This document shows, piece by piece, positions 9,001 to 18,914 of a stretch of 64,000 bases of DNA. The DNA comes from an uncultured Planctomycetaceae bacterium (GTDB lineage: Bacteria; Planctomycetota; Planctomycetia; Planctomycetales; Planctomycetaceae): assembly GCA_963815195.1 (NCBI GenBank), contig CAWFGE010000015.1, positions 320,001-384,000 on the forward strand. The letters run 5' to 3'. Below the pieces are notes generated by a model. The model was given only the letters and a program-made list of their open reading frames with translations. It made no database searches and was not told the origin of the DNA. The position numbers and the translations under genes were made by a program. How positions within the stretch are numbered: the stretch's first letter is position 1; each line of letters begins with the position of its first letter.

Positions 9001-12000
9001 GATCGATGCTAGTGATCGTTCGGCTGGCATTGTCGTAAACGGTGGTCATGATTTCCGCAAGAGGGTTTATCGAGGCAATGCTACGTCCAGCCGCATCGTA
9101 AATGGTAGAGGTGGTTTCATTCTCCGGGTTGGTCCTGGCGATGGGCCGACTGGCACCATCGTAGGCAGTGGTCGTTCGCAGGCCCAGGGGATCAATGTTG
9201 GCGATGGATCGGCCCGCCGCATCGTATACCACAGAAGTGGTTTCGTTCTCCGGATTAGTACTGGCGATGGGCCGACCAACGCTATCGTAGGTGGTGGTCG
9301 TTCGCAGTCCCAAAGGGTCGATGCCGGCGATGGTTCGTCCTGCCGCATCGTAAACGGTGGAGGTGGTTTCGTTCTCCGGATTGGTGTTGGCGATGACCCG
9401 GCCTGCACTATCGTAAGCGGTGGTCGTTCTCAGGCCCAGGGGATCAATGCTGGCGATGGTTCGTCCTGCCGCATCGTAAACGGTGGAAGTGGTTTCGTTC
9501 TCCTGATTGGTGTTGGCGATCGGCCGCCCGGTGCTATCATAGGCCGTGGTCGTTCGCAGTCCTAAGGGATCAATGCTGGCAATGGTTCGGCCCGCCGCAT
9601 CGTAAACGGTGGAGGTGGTTTCGTTCTCCGGGTTGGTACTGGCAACGGGCTGACTGGCACTATTGTAGGTGGTGGTCGTTCGCAGTCCCAATGGATCAAT
9701 GCTGGCGATGGTTCGGCCTGCCGCATCGTAAAGGGTGGAAGTGGTTTCGTTCTCCGGATTGGTGTTTGCAATGGGCCGCCCGGTGCTATCGTAGGCGGTG
9801 GTCGCTCGCAATCCTAAGGGATCAATGCTGGCAATGGATCGGCCCGCCGCATCGTAAACGGTGGAGGTGGTTTCGTCCTCCGGATTGGTGCGGGCGATGG
9901 ACCGGCCTGCGCTATCGTAAGCCGTGGTCGTTCGCAGTCCGAGAGGGTCGACGCTGGCAATGGATCGGCCCGCCGCATTGTAGACGGTCGTGTTGCGGTA
10001 GCCAATAGGGTTGATGCGAGCGACGGTTTGACCTGCCGCGTTGTAAATGTTTGTGTTGCGATTTCCCAGCGGATCAATGCTGGCGATGGTTTGGTTGGCA
10101 GCGTTGTAAACTGTCGTGCTGCGGTTGCCCAAGGGGTTAATGTTTGCAGTACGTCTCCCATCCTGGTCGTAGATGGTGGTGTTGCGATCGCCCAATGGAT
10201 TGACACTAGCCACTGTTTGCCCCGCCGTATTGTAGATTGTGGTCGTCCTTTCATTGTTTGGGTTGATTTGGGCGATGGTTCGGCCGCTGGTGTCGTAGAC
10301 CGTGGTGCTGCGATTGCCCAGTGGGTTGATGCTCGCGATGAGTTGGTTTTGGGCGTTATAGACATTCGTGCTGCGGTTGCCCAACGGATTGATTCGGGCG
10401 ATGGGGTTGCTGTTGACATCGTAAATTGTAGTGCTGCGATTGCCCAGTGGATCCACTTGGGCGATGGGGCGGTAGTCCTCATCATAGACTGTCGTGTTGC
10501 GTTCCCCGGCGGGGTTGATCTGGGCGATGGGCAGATTGCTTTCATCATGGATGGTGGTGGTCCGCTGACCGAGTGGGTTGATGCGAGCCACGGGACGATT
10601 GGCCGCGTCATAGACCGTGGTCGTGATGTTCCCGAGGGGATTTTCCTTCCGGCGGAGACGACCTACCGCGTTGTAGGTGTAACTGGTGCGGTTTCCCAGC
10701 GGGTCGATTTTGGCCAAGGGGCGGTTGCCTGGGTTGTAGATTGTCTCGGAGGTGTGGCCGAGGGGGTTGGTGGAGGTCAAGCGGTTGCCGTTGGCATCGT
10801 AGGTGTAGCTCGTGCGGTTCCCGAGCGGATTGATGGACACCGTGGTCAGATTCAGATCGTTTTTGACCAGCGTGGTCCGGGCTCCCAAGGGAGAAACCGT
10901 GCCCTGAAAAACACCGTTGCTGTTGTACGAATAGGTTAGCCGTTCGCCCAAGGGATTGATGCGGGCCACGCGTTGGTCGCTGGCATCATAAACGTAAGTG
11001 ATGGTTTCGTTTTGCGGATTCGTGACCGATTTGAGTTGCCCCTTGGCGTTATAGGTCATGGAACTTCGATTGCCGAGCGGATCGATCTGGGCGATCCGTT
11101 GCCCGTTGCTATCACGAAGCACCGTATACACGTCTTGGCCGGGAAGTTTCAGGCCCGTGAGACGCTTGTTCGCATTGTATGTATAGGTGGAGATTGTCCC
11201 GTTGGGGCGAGTGGCGGTTTTGAGTTGGTTCCCGTCATAGGTGTAACTCGTCCGCCGTCCCATCGCATCTTCCAACGAAGCCACCTGTTTTTTGTCGTTC
11301 CAGGTCAGCTTCGTTTCGTTGCCGAGCGGATCGGTCAGCTTGGTCACGCTGCCGTCCAGGTTGAGTTCCACTTGGGAGGTTTTTCCTTCCGGGTTGGTGA
11401 TGCTCACGGACGACAGATCGAAGGAATAGGTTGTTGTATTTCCCGCCGGGTTCGTGCAAGTCTGCACATTTCCGGAAGCATCGTACGTGATGCTCGAGCG
11501 TCCCCCGTTCGGGTTGATTTGAGTCTGTCAATCGTCCCTGGGCATCGTATTCGTATTCCGTGACGCACATCTCTGGCCCGGTGATCTTGCTAAGGTTGTC
11601 CCCATCGTACTCAAAGGTTGTTTCGCGTCCGCCGGGTTCGGTGATTTTGGTCAATCGTCCTGCTTCATCGTAGGTGAAGGTCGTGGTTTCCCCGGCGGGA
11701 TTTGTGATTTGCGTAATATTGTGATTGGCGTCGGTCGTCACATTCCAGGTCGCACCCGCCCCATTGGTGAAGGAAGATAACAAACCCAGGCTGTCTGTTT
11801 GCGTGTAATGAAACTCGTTGCCGTCATCATCGGTTTCCGTCCAACCAGGCGGGCTTGTCGAATGAGTGAGTTCGCCCGGAGCGCCATCGGGCCGCACGTA
11901 TTCTCCTGAGTTTTCATCCCATTCGTAGCAGTAGACCTCGCCGGTTCCCAGGAAAAGAATGACATTCCCATTGTCGAGTTCTTCGACATACCGCTCAAAC

Positions 12001-13160
12001 GATCCCGTCCAACCGCCGGGTTCGGAGGATTGGGAATTGTAAAACAGCCCCAAGTCGGGAGTGAAACTGGCCCCGGTCGGCAGCCCGTACCCGGCACTGA
12101 CCGCCCCGGTCCCCACATCGACCCAGAGATTGCCGCACCGTCCCAGATTCCGGATCGAATCCAATTGATCGTCCGAGGTATCCGCCGGAGGCAGACATTG
12201 CGTGTCGGCTGAGGTTTCGCTCTCCAGCGAGATCAACGGCGGCGGCTCGCAGGTGATGCCATCGTCACATCCGCAACTGCCCTCCGATTGGGTCGAGTCA
12301 CCGTCGGCTTCCGAATCGCAACTCGAACATGAGGTGGTACAAGAGTCGGTAGGCGTTTCAGGCAGTCGGCACGAACTGCCGGGACGCCTTGGCCCCGTCG
12401 ATTGGCACAACTCGACAAGACTGGACTCACTGCTGGCCGACGATTCGCTGCTGGAGGACGACGAACTGCTTGACGAGGAGGCACTGCTCGGGGAACTCTC
12501 CGAGGACGAACTACTGGACGAGGAGAGGCTGCTCGCGGAGGATGCGCTGCTCGCCGAACTGGCTGACGATTCGCTGCTTGAGGAAGATAAACTGCTCGGG
12601 GAACTCTCCGAAGAGGAACTGCTTGCCGAGGACTGGCTACTTTCCGAGGATGCACTGCTCGGGGAACTCTCCGAGGACTCACTGCTTGCGGAGCTTTCCG
12701 AAGACAAACTGCTTTCCGAGGATTCACTGCTTGCGGAGCTTTCCGAAGACAAACTGCTTTCCGAGGATTCACTGCTTGCGGAGCTTTCCGAGGATTCGCT
12801 GCTTGCGGAGGAGGGGCTGCTTTCCGAGGATTCACTGCTCGGGGAACTCTCCGAGGATTCACTGCTGGGAGAGCTTTCCGAAGAGAGGCTACTCGCGGAG
12901 GACGCGCTGCTCGCCGAACTGGCCGACGATTCGCTGCTCGGGGAAGACGAACTGCTGGGAGAGCTTTCCGAAGAGAGGCTGCTCTCAGAACTGGCCGACG
13001 ATTCGCTGCTGTTTGAGGACCGACTGCTCGCCGAACTTTCCGAAGAGAAACTGCTTGCGGAAGATTCGCTGCTGGGAGAGCTTTCCGAAGATTCACTGCT
13101 GGGAGAGCTTTCCGAAGAGAGGCTGTCACCTGACGAGAAGCTACTTTCCGAACTCGGCAT
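6050..13160 (-). CDS. Large Rhs/YD-repeat protein (~2,370 aa) with Ser-rich N-terminus and C-terminal toxin-like domain; one frameshift at ~11525
   Basis: ORFs 11235-13181 and 6050-11467 join at QGRLT/TQINPNGGRSSITYDASGNVQ. Many YD repeats; Rhs-associated core YYHYDALGS...YQWVGEMGYY...RFLSEDP...YRYVANNPINLIDPSG. Confidence 0.9.
9050..9932 (-). repeat. About seven tandem 126-bp (42-aa) near-identical YD double repeats within Rhs
   Basis: Unit TTTAYDSxGRxIAxTNPENETTSTVYDAAGRTIASIDPLGLR, recurring at 126-bp spacing. Confidence 0.85.
12423..13157 (-). repeat. Low-complexity (Ser-Ser-X)n coding repeat, X mostly E/A/P/L/S
   Basis: Translation SSESSPSSESSESSASSASS...; built from 9-bp codon triplets reassorted into 27-39-bp blocks. 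Confidence 0.9.
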
Positions 13161-13387
13161 GAAAAGCTCCCAGCATTTCAAAGATCAGCGGGAAGAAAGG
13201 ACAATGGAATCGGGAACCCCCACTGTAGACATCCAGCCAGAATCTGTCCATACTGCCAGGTGAAAAAGCAAACAAACCCGCATACCTCCTCCTCATCGGT
13301 AAAGGTTCAAAATCGCGCCGTTTTTCGAATATCCCCAACCTGGACACACCTCTTGTCCGCCAGCCTCAGCCCTCTGCACCAAGCCAC

Positions 13388-14027
13388 ATGCCAAATCGCT
13401 TACAATATCTGATCACGGGCACCGGCCGTTGTGGAACCGGGTTCATGGCCCAAGCTTTTACCAGTGCTGGGCTTTCCTGTGGACACGAAGCCGTCTTCGG
13501 ATTCCACAAAGTGAATGCGGCTCACGTCGAGTCTGGCGACTTGGTGGCCGAGTCCAGCTCGGTGCGCAGTCCCCCGCTTGAATCATCCTCTCTGCCGAGA
13601 GGCCGTGGTGATTCACCTGGTGCGGAATCCGCTCAAAGTTATTCGTTCTTTGCTCGCGGCGAACTACTATCAGGATCCCCCCAAAGCTTGGGATCGCTTG
13701 CTGGTGCAGTGGCTGCCGAAGTTGACGGAGAAACGGACAAAACTTGCCAAAGCCCTGCATCACTATGTGCATTGGAACTTGCTCGTCGAATCGCTGTGCC
13801 GCGATCGGCAATTGGTGCGTTTTCGGATCGAAGACGACGTGAATGACCTCTTGAAAAGTTTGGGAGAAGAGCGAGTCGCCACATTCGAGGATCGGGACTA
13901 CAATACAAGACGTCACCGTCGACCGCGGGCCTACGATGGTTGTCTCACGGTCTGCGAACTTCCCTCCGGTGAGGATAAGAATGCTTTAATTGATTTGGCG
14001 GAGCGTTATGGCTACCAATTGTGGTGA
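13388..14027 (+). CDS. Sulfotransferase-like protein (frameshift at ~13560)
   Basis: N-terminal YLITGTGRCGT (5'-PAPS-binding loop type) and GHE; in the next frame IHLVRNPLKVIRS (3'-PB motif type). Confidence 0.7.
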
Positions 14028-14118
14028 ATGAACGCCGAATAGGTCATTTCATCAATCCTTACAGGAAAAGCAAATCATCAACGACTCGACACCTCACGAA
14101 AAAGTGAGAACCTCTTAG

Positions 14119-15612
14119 TTCGAGTTTCGCACATTTTGGAGTGAAGATTTGTCTCGATAAAAGGCGGCCTGCCGTGCAGAATCTAGGAAAGGAAAACGCC
14201 TGGATTCTGAAACTCACGGAGGCCGCACATGGAAGGTATCACAACGTTCATGGTTTTGCTCGATGTTTTTCAACCGGTTTTCACTCAGCCGAGTTTCGCC
14301 ACGTTTCGTTTGTTGATGACGGGCTGGATTCTCTCGCATCGGCATCGCTACGTCACCGATTTGATTCTCTCCAGCGACTCGGTCGGCAACGGCCACTTTT
14401 CCGATTACCACCGCTTCTTCAGCCACGCGAGTTGGAGCATCGACCAGCTTTGGCGATTGCTGGCGGGACTGTTGATCAAAGGCTTGATCGGCTCCGACGC
14501 CGTGATTTTGCTGGCGGGCGACGACACCCTCTGCCGCAAGCGCGGACTGGGTTTGTTCGGCGTGGGCATGCATCACGATCCGCTGATTTCCTCGAAGGCC
14601 AAGAAGCTGGTGAGCTGGGGCCACGATTGGGTGACGCTGTGTCTGGTCATCGTAAAACCCTGGTGGGCGCCCACCAAAGTGTTCTCGTTGCCGATCTGCA
14701 TGCGGTTGTATCGCAATCGGCAAGGGCTGACCAAGGGGAAGAAGAAAAAGCTCACGAAGCCCAAAGCGAAAAACCCGAAGCACCGCACGCGACCGGAACT
14801 GATGCGCGAAATGCTGAAACTTGTGGCGGGCTGGTTTCCCGAGCGGCAGTTCTTGTTCGTGGGTGACAGTCTTTACACTGGCGAGAGCGTGCTGCGTTAC
14901 CTGCCCGAGAACACGCATATGATTGGTCAGGTGCATCCCCAAGGCGCGATGTACGAACCTGCGCCGGAGAAAAAGCCCGGTCGCGGCGCGCCGCGCAAAA
15001 AGAGCGCGCGGCTCTCCACGAAAGAGGAGTGGGCCAACGACGGTTCCGCCTGGACCCGGTTGACGTTCAACCAGTACGGACTGCACACGACACTCGAGGT
15101 CAAGACCCGCCAGGGGTTGTACTACAAAGCCGGCAAGGACCGCTTGCTCACGTTCGTATTGACACGCGACACCCAAGGCAATGCCCGATGCAAATTTTCT
15201 ACTGTACCGATTTGACGAGGGACGCGCGCAGCATCCTGTCCGCCTATGCTTGTCGGTGGTCGATCGAAGTCACGCATCATGACGCCAAACAGTATTTGGG
15301 TTTGGAAGACCCGGCCAACCGCCTGCCTCTGGCGGTGGAACGCACGGCCCCGATGGCCATGTTCTTATATAGCTTGACCGTCTTGTGGTATGCCGAGCAC
15401 GGCCACGCGCATGTGCGGTTTCCGAACCGTCCTTGGTACACGCGCAAGCGCGAGCCGAGTTTTGCAGATATGCTGACCACACTCCGCCGCTTAACCTGGG
15501 AAGAGAAATTATCGACAGTGCCGCCAGGCAGCAGTCTCCAAAATAAAAACATAAACCTGCTAACGTACCTGGCCACCCTCACCGGGTAACGCCGGAATGT
15601 GCGAAACTCGAA
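14119..15612 (+). mobile_element. IS701/IS4-like insertion sequence, copy A
   Basis: 17-bp terminal IRs TTCGAGTTTCGCACATT / AATGTGCGAAACTCGAA; CTTAG on both sides. Confidence 0.9.
14229..15589 (+). CDS. DDE transposase (IS701-like, ~453 aa), frameshift at ~15185
   Basis: LAGDDT, VGDSLY and YACRWSIEVTHHDAKQYLG motifs. Confidence 0.85.
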
Positions 15613-15617
15613 CTTAG

Positions 15618-17108
15618 TTCGAGTTTCGCACATTTTGGAGTGAAGATTTGTCTCGATAAAAGGCGGCCTGCCGTGCAGAATCTAGGAAAGGAAAACGCCT
15701 GGATTCTGAAACTCACGGAGGCCGCACATGGAAGGTATCACAACGTTCATGGTTTTGCTCGATGTTTTTCAACCGGTTTTCACTCAGCCGAGTTTCGCCA
15801 CGTTTCGTTTGTTGATGACGGGCTGGATTCTCTCGCATCGGCATCGCTACGTCACCGATTTGATTCTCTCCAGCGACTCGGTCGGCAACGGCCACTTTTC
15901 CGATTACCACCGCTTCTTCAGCCACGCGAGTTGGAGCATCGACCAGCTTTGGCGATTGCTGGCGGGACTGTTGATCAAAGGCTTGATCGGCTCCGACGCC
16001 GTGATTTTGCTGGCGGGCGACGACACCCTCTGCCGCAAGCGCGGACTGGGTTTGTTCGGCGTGGGCATGCATCACGATCCGCTGATTTCCTCGAAGGCCA
16101 AGAAGCTGGTGAGCTGGGGCCACGATTGGGTGACACTGTGTCTGGTGCTCGTAAACCCCTGGTGGGCGCCCACCAAAGTGTTCGCGTTGCCGATCTGCAT
16201 GCGGTTGTATCGCAATCGGCAAGGGCTGACGAAGGGGAAGAAGAAAAAGCTCACGAAGCCCAAAGCGAAAAACCCGAAGCACCGCACGCGACCGGAACTG
16301 ATGCGCGAAATGCTGAAACTTGTGGCGGGCTGGTTTCCCGAGCGGCAGTTCTTGTTCGTGGGTGACAGTCTTTACACTGGCGAGAGCGTGCTGCGTTACC
16401 TGCCCGAGAACACGCATATGATTGGTCAGGTGCATCCCCAAGGCGCGATGTACGAACCGCGCCGGAGAAAAAGCCCGGTCGCGGCGCCGCGCAAAAAGGC
16501 GCGCGGCTCTCCACGAAAGAGGAGTGGGCCAACGACGGTTCCGCCTGGACCCGGTTGACGTTCAACCAGTACGGACTGCACACGACACTCGAGGTCAAGA
16601 CCCGCCAGGGGTTGTACTACAAAGCCGGCAAGGACCGCTTGCTCACGTTCGTATTGACACGCGACACCCAAGGCAAGCGCCCGATGCAAATTTTCTACTG
16701 TACCGATTTGACGAGGGACGCGCGCAGCATCCTGTCCGCCTATGCTTGTCGGTGGTCGATCGAAGTCACGCATCATGACGCCAAACAGTATTTGGGTTTG
16801 GAAGACCCGGCCAACCGCCTGCCTCTGGCGGTGGAACGCACGGCCCCGATGGCCATGTTCTTATATAGCTTGACCGTCTTGTGGTATGCCGAGCACGGCC
16901 ACGCGCATGTGCGGTTTCCGAACCGTCCTTGGTACACGCGCAAGCGCGAGCCGAGTTTTGCAGATATGCTGACCACACTCCGCCGCTTAACCTGGGAAGA
17001 GAAATTATCGACAGTGCCGCCAGGCAGCAGTCTCCAAAATAAAAACATAAACCTGCTAACGTACCTGGCCACCCTCACCGGGTAACGCCGGAATGTGCGA
17101 AACTCGAA
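15618..17108 (+). mobile_element. IS701/IS4-like insertion sequence, copy B (head-to-tail with copy A)
   Basis: Same IRs; separated from copy A by CTTAG (15613-15617) and followed by CTTAG (17109-17113). Confidence 0.9.
15728..17085 (+). CDS. DDE transposase copy B, indels at ~16459-16500
   Basis: Near-identical to copy A with a few substitutions (VLVNP vs VIVKP). Confidence 0.85.
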
Positions 17109-17293
17109 CTTAGAAACGCGATAGGAATTTGGCAGGTCGCGCAAATCGGAGTCGTGTTGCCACACAAGGGGCACGATTGAAAGGGAATCTATCTTTTGCC
17201 AACGAATTGGCTTTGGCGGCGGGCAAGGATTAGGTCAACTTTGAACAAACCGCATATCTTGTTCCCGTCTATGAGGAAAGAGGAGTCACCACA

Positions 17294-17926
17294 ATGCGAA
17301 ATGAGAGCCAAGGAAATCTTGAAACCGAGTTGGACGGCAAATTCAGGTTCCCGATCCTGGGGCCTTCTCAAGTCCAACTCGCCTCTCGCAACAACTTTAC
17401 CGGTCTCGTTTGTGATCGAGGTTTTCGTCAAGGCGTCGAAATCGGCGTTTATCGGGGACGGTTTGCTTGGCACTTACTCAACTCTTGCCCGGAACTTTCC
17501 CTGTATTTGGTCGACCCCTGGGATGGATCGGCCATGACCGGTGGCTATGATGCCGAAGAGGTCTTCCGGGAGGTGCAACAGTTGCCGTGTCAGTTTGGTG
17601 TCGAACGCGTCAAGCTTTTGCGGGAACGGAGCCCCGAAGCAGCGAAGCATCCCTCCCTGTGCAAGTGCCAGTTCGATTTTGTCTATATTGATGGGGATCA
17701 TAGCTTCGAGCAAGTCCTCACCGACGTTCGCGCTTGGTGGCCTCTGCTCCGTCCCGGTGGGGTCATGGCAGGACACGATTACAATAACCGCGGTAAAAAA
17801 CGCGTAAAATCCGCCGTCGATTCGCTTTTCCCCCATGTGAATACCACCCAAGAGCGTTGTTCGTCGTGGTGGGTGGAGAAGGCCGGAAGCTGTGCCGATC
17901 CCGCTTTGCAAGACGAATCCGATTAG
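17294..17926 (+). CDS. Class I SAM-dependent methyltransferase (Methyltransf_24 type, glycan-associated)
   Basis: GVEIGVYRG, YLVDPW, FDFVYIDGDHS, LRPGGVMAGHDY. Confidence 0.85.
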   Translation: MRNESQGNLETELDGKFRFPILGPSQVQLASRNNFTGLVCDRGFRQGVEIGVYRGRFAWHLLNSCPELSLYLVDPWDGSAMTGGYDAEEVFREVQQLPCQFGVERVKLLRERSPEAAKHPSLCKCQFDFVYIDGDHSFEQVLTDVRAWWPLLRPGGVMAGHDYNNRGKKRVKSAVDSLFPHVNTTQERCSSWWVEKAGSCADPALQDESD

Positions 17927-18681
17927 CAGCGGGAGTCTTTTTCGGCTTGCCGACGGACAAACTCGACATAATCTTGCGGGGTATCGATTCCCACAGCGTA
18001 GTGATCAACAACCGCGACCTGAATGCCGGCCCCCGATTCCAAGGCACGCAATTGTTCCAATTTTTCCAGTCGCTCCAGAGTCGAAGGCGGCATTTGAGCC
18101 CACTGCAGCAAGAACTCTCTGCGGTAGGCATAGATCCCCAAGTGCAGTTTCCAAGGAGACGATTCCGCCATCTCTTCGGCGAGATTCCCATCACGGCAAT
18201 AGGGAATCATGGACCGGCTAAAGTAGAGGGCTCGTCCATCCGACGTACAAACGACTTTTACGCAGGAGGGGTCGGCCAGCCGTTCCATTTCAAGGAGGGG
18301 AGTTGCCAAAGTTGCCATTTCGGCCTCCGAGCCTCGGAGTGTCTCGACCAAGAGATCGACCTGGCTGGGATTGACTTCGGGTTCATCACCTTGAACGTTG
18401 ACGACAAATTGACTGCCTTGACAACATCGGGCGGCGACTTCGGCAACACGGTCCGTGCCGCTTGCATGCTCTCCCGTCATTTCGACACGCCCCCCAAAAA
18501 CCCGCACGGCGTCCGCGATCTGCTCGCTGTCGGTCGCGACAATGACTTCGGATAGCGATGTCGCGCGGCACGCAGTTTCCCACGTGTGCTGCAGAAGAGG
18601 CTTTCCCGTATCCGCCAAAAGAAGTTTCCCCGGCAATCGGGTCGAGGCCAATCTTGCGGGAATGATACCGACCGTCACCAT
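17923..18681 (-). CDS. kdsB: 3-deoxy-manno-octulosonate cytidylyltransferase (CMP-Kdo synthetase)
   Basis: Start MVTVGIIPARLASTRLPGK; SGTDR, NVQGDEP, ALYFSRSMIP, HLGIYAYRR, EKLEQLRALE, GIDTPQD. Confidence 0.92.
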   Translation of the reverse strand: MVTVGIIPARLASTRLPGKLLLADTGKPLLQHTWETACRATSLSEVIVATDSEQIADAVRVFGGRVEMTGEHASGTDRVAEVAARCCQGSQFVVNVQGDEPEVNPSQVDLLVETLRGSEAEMATLATPLLEMERLADPSCVKVVCTSDGRALYFSRSMIPYCRDGNLAEEMAESSPWKLHLGIYAYRREFLLQWAQMPPSTLERLEKLEQLRALESGAGIQVAVVDHYAVGIDTPQDYVEFVRRQAEKDSRC

Positions 18682-18914
18682 GCCTTGCCTCATCGTTTCA
18701 ATTGGAATGGTTATCCCGGACGATTTTCCACGTTGACAAACTTGGAAAGAAATTCCAAACGAAAAAGTTGCGAAAAGCCAACATACCTGTATTATATCTC
18801 CTTTCTGAACAGAAGTTCTACCAGACATTTTCTGAGAGGTGAAACGAGGACATTGTTGTTCGTCCGAATTCCCCATGTCCATTGGCATAAAACTGAATTG
18901 CTCGGAATCCCGGC

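Noticed and set aside
11500..11540. Programmed ribosomal frameshift in rhs
   Set aside because: No obvious slippery heptamer at the break, and similar indels occur all over the window.
2644..13160. Type VI secretion locus (ClpV + Rhs)
   Set aside because: No Hcp, VgrG, PAAR, sheath or baseplate genes are visible, and the ATPase lacks the ClpV N-domain. Such genes outside the window cannot be excluded.
12202..13263. 353-aa plus-strand Leu/Glu/Asp-rich ORF (LLGELSEDS repeats)
   Set aside because: It is the antisense mirror of the Ser-codon repeat. The minus frame continues into recognisable Rhs sequence, while this one has no domain.
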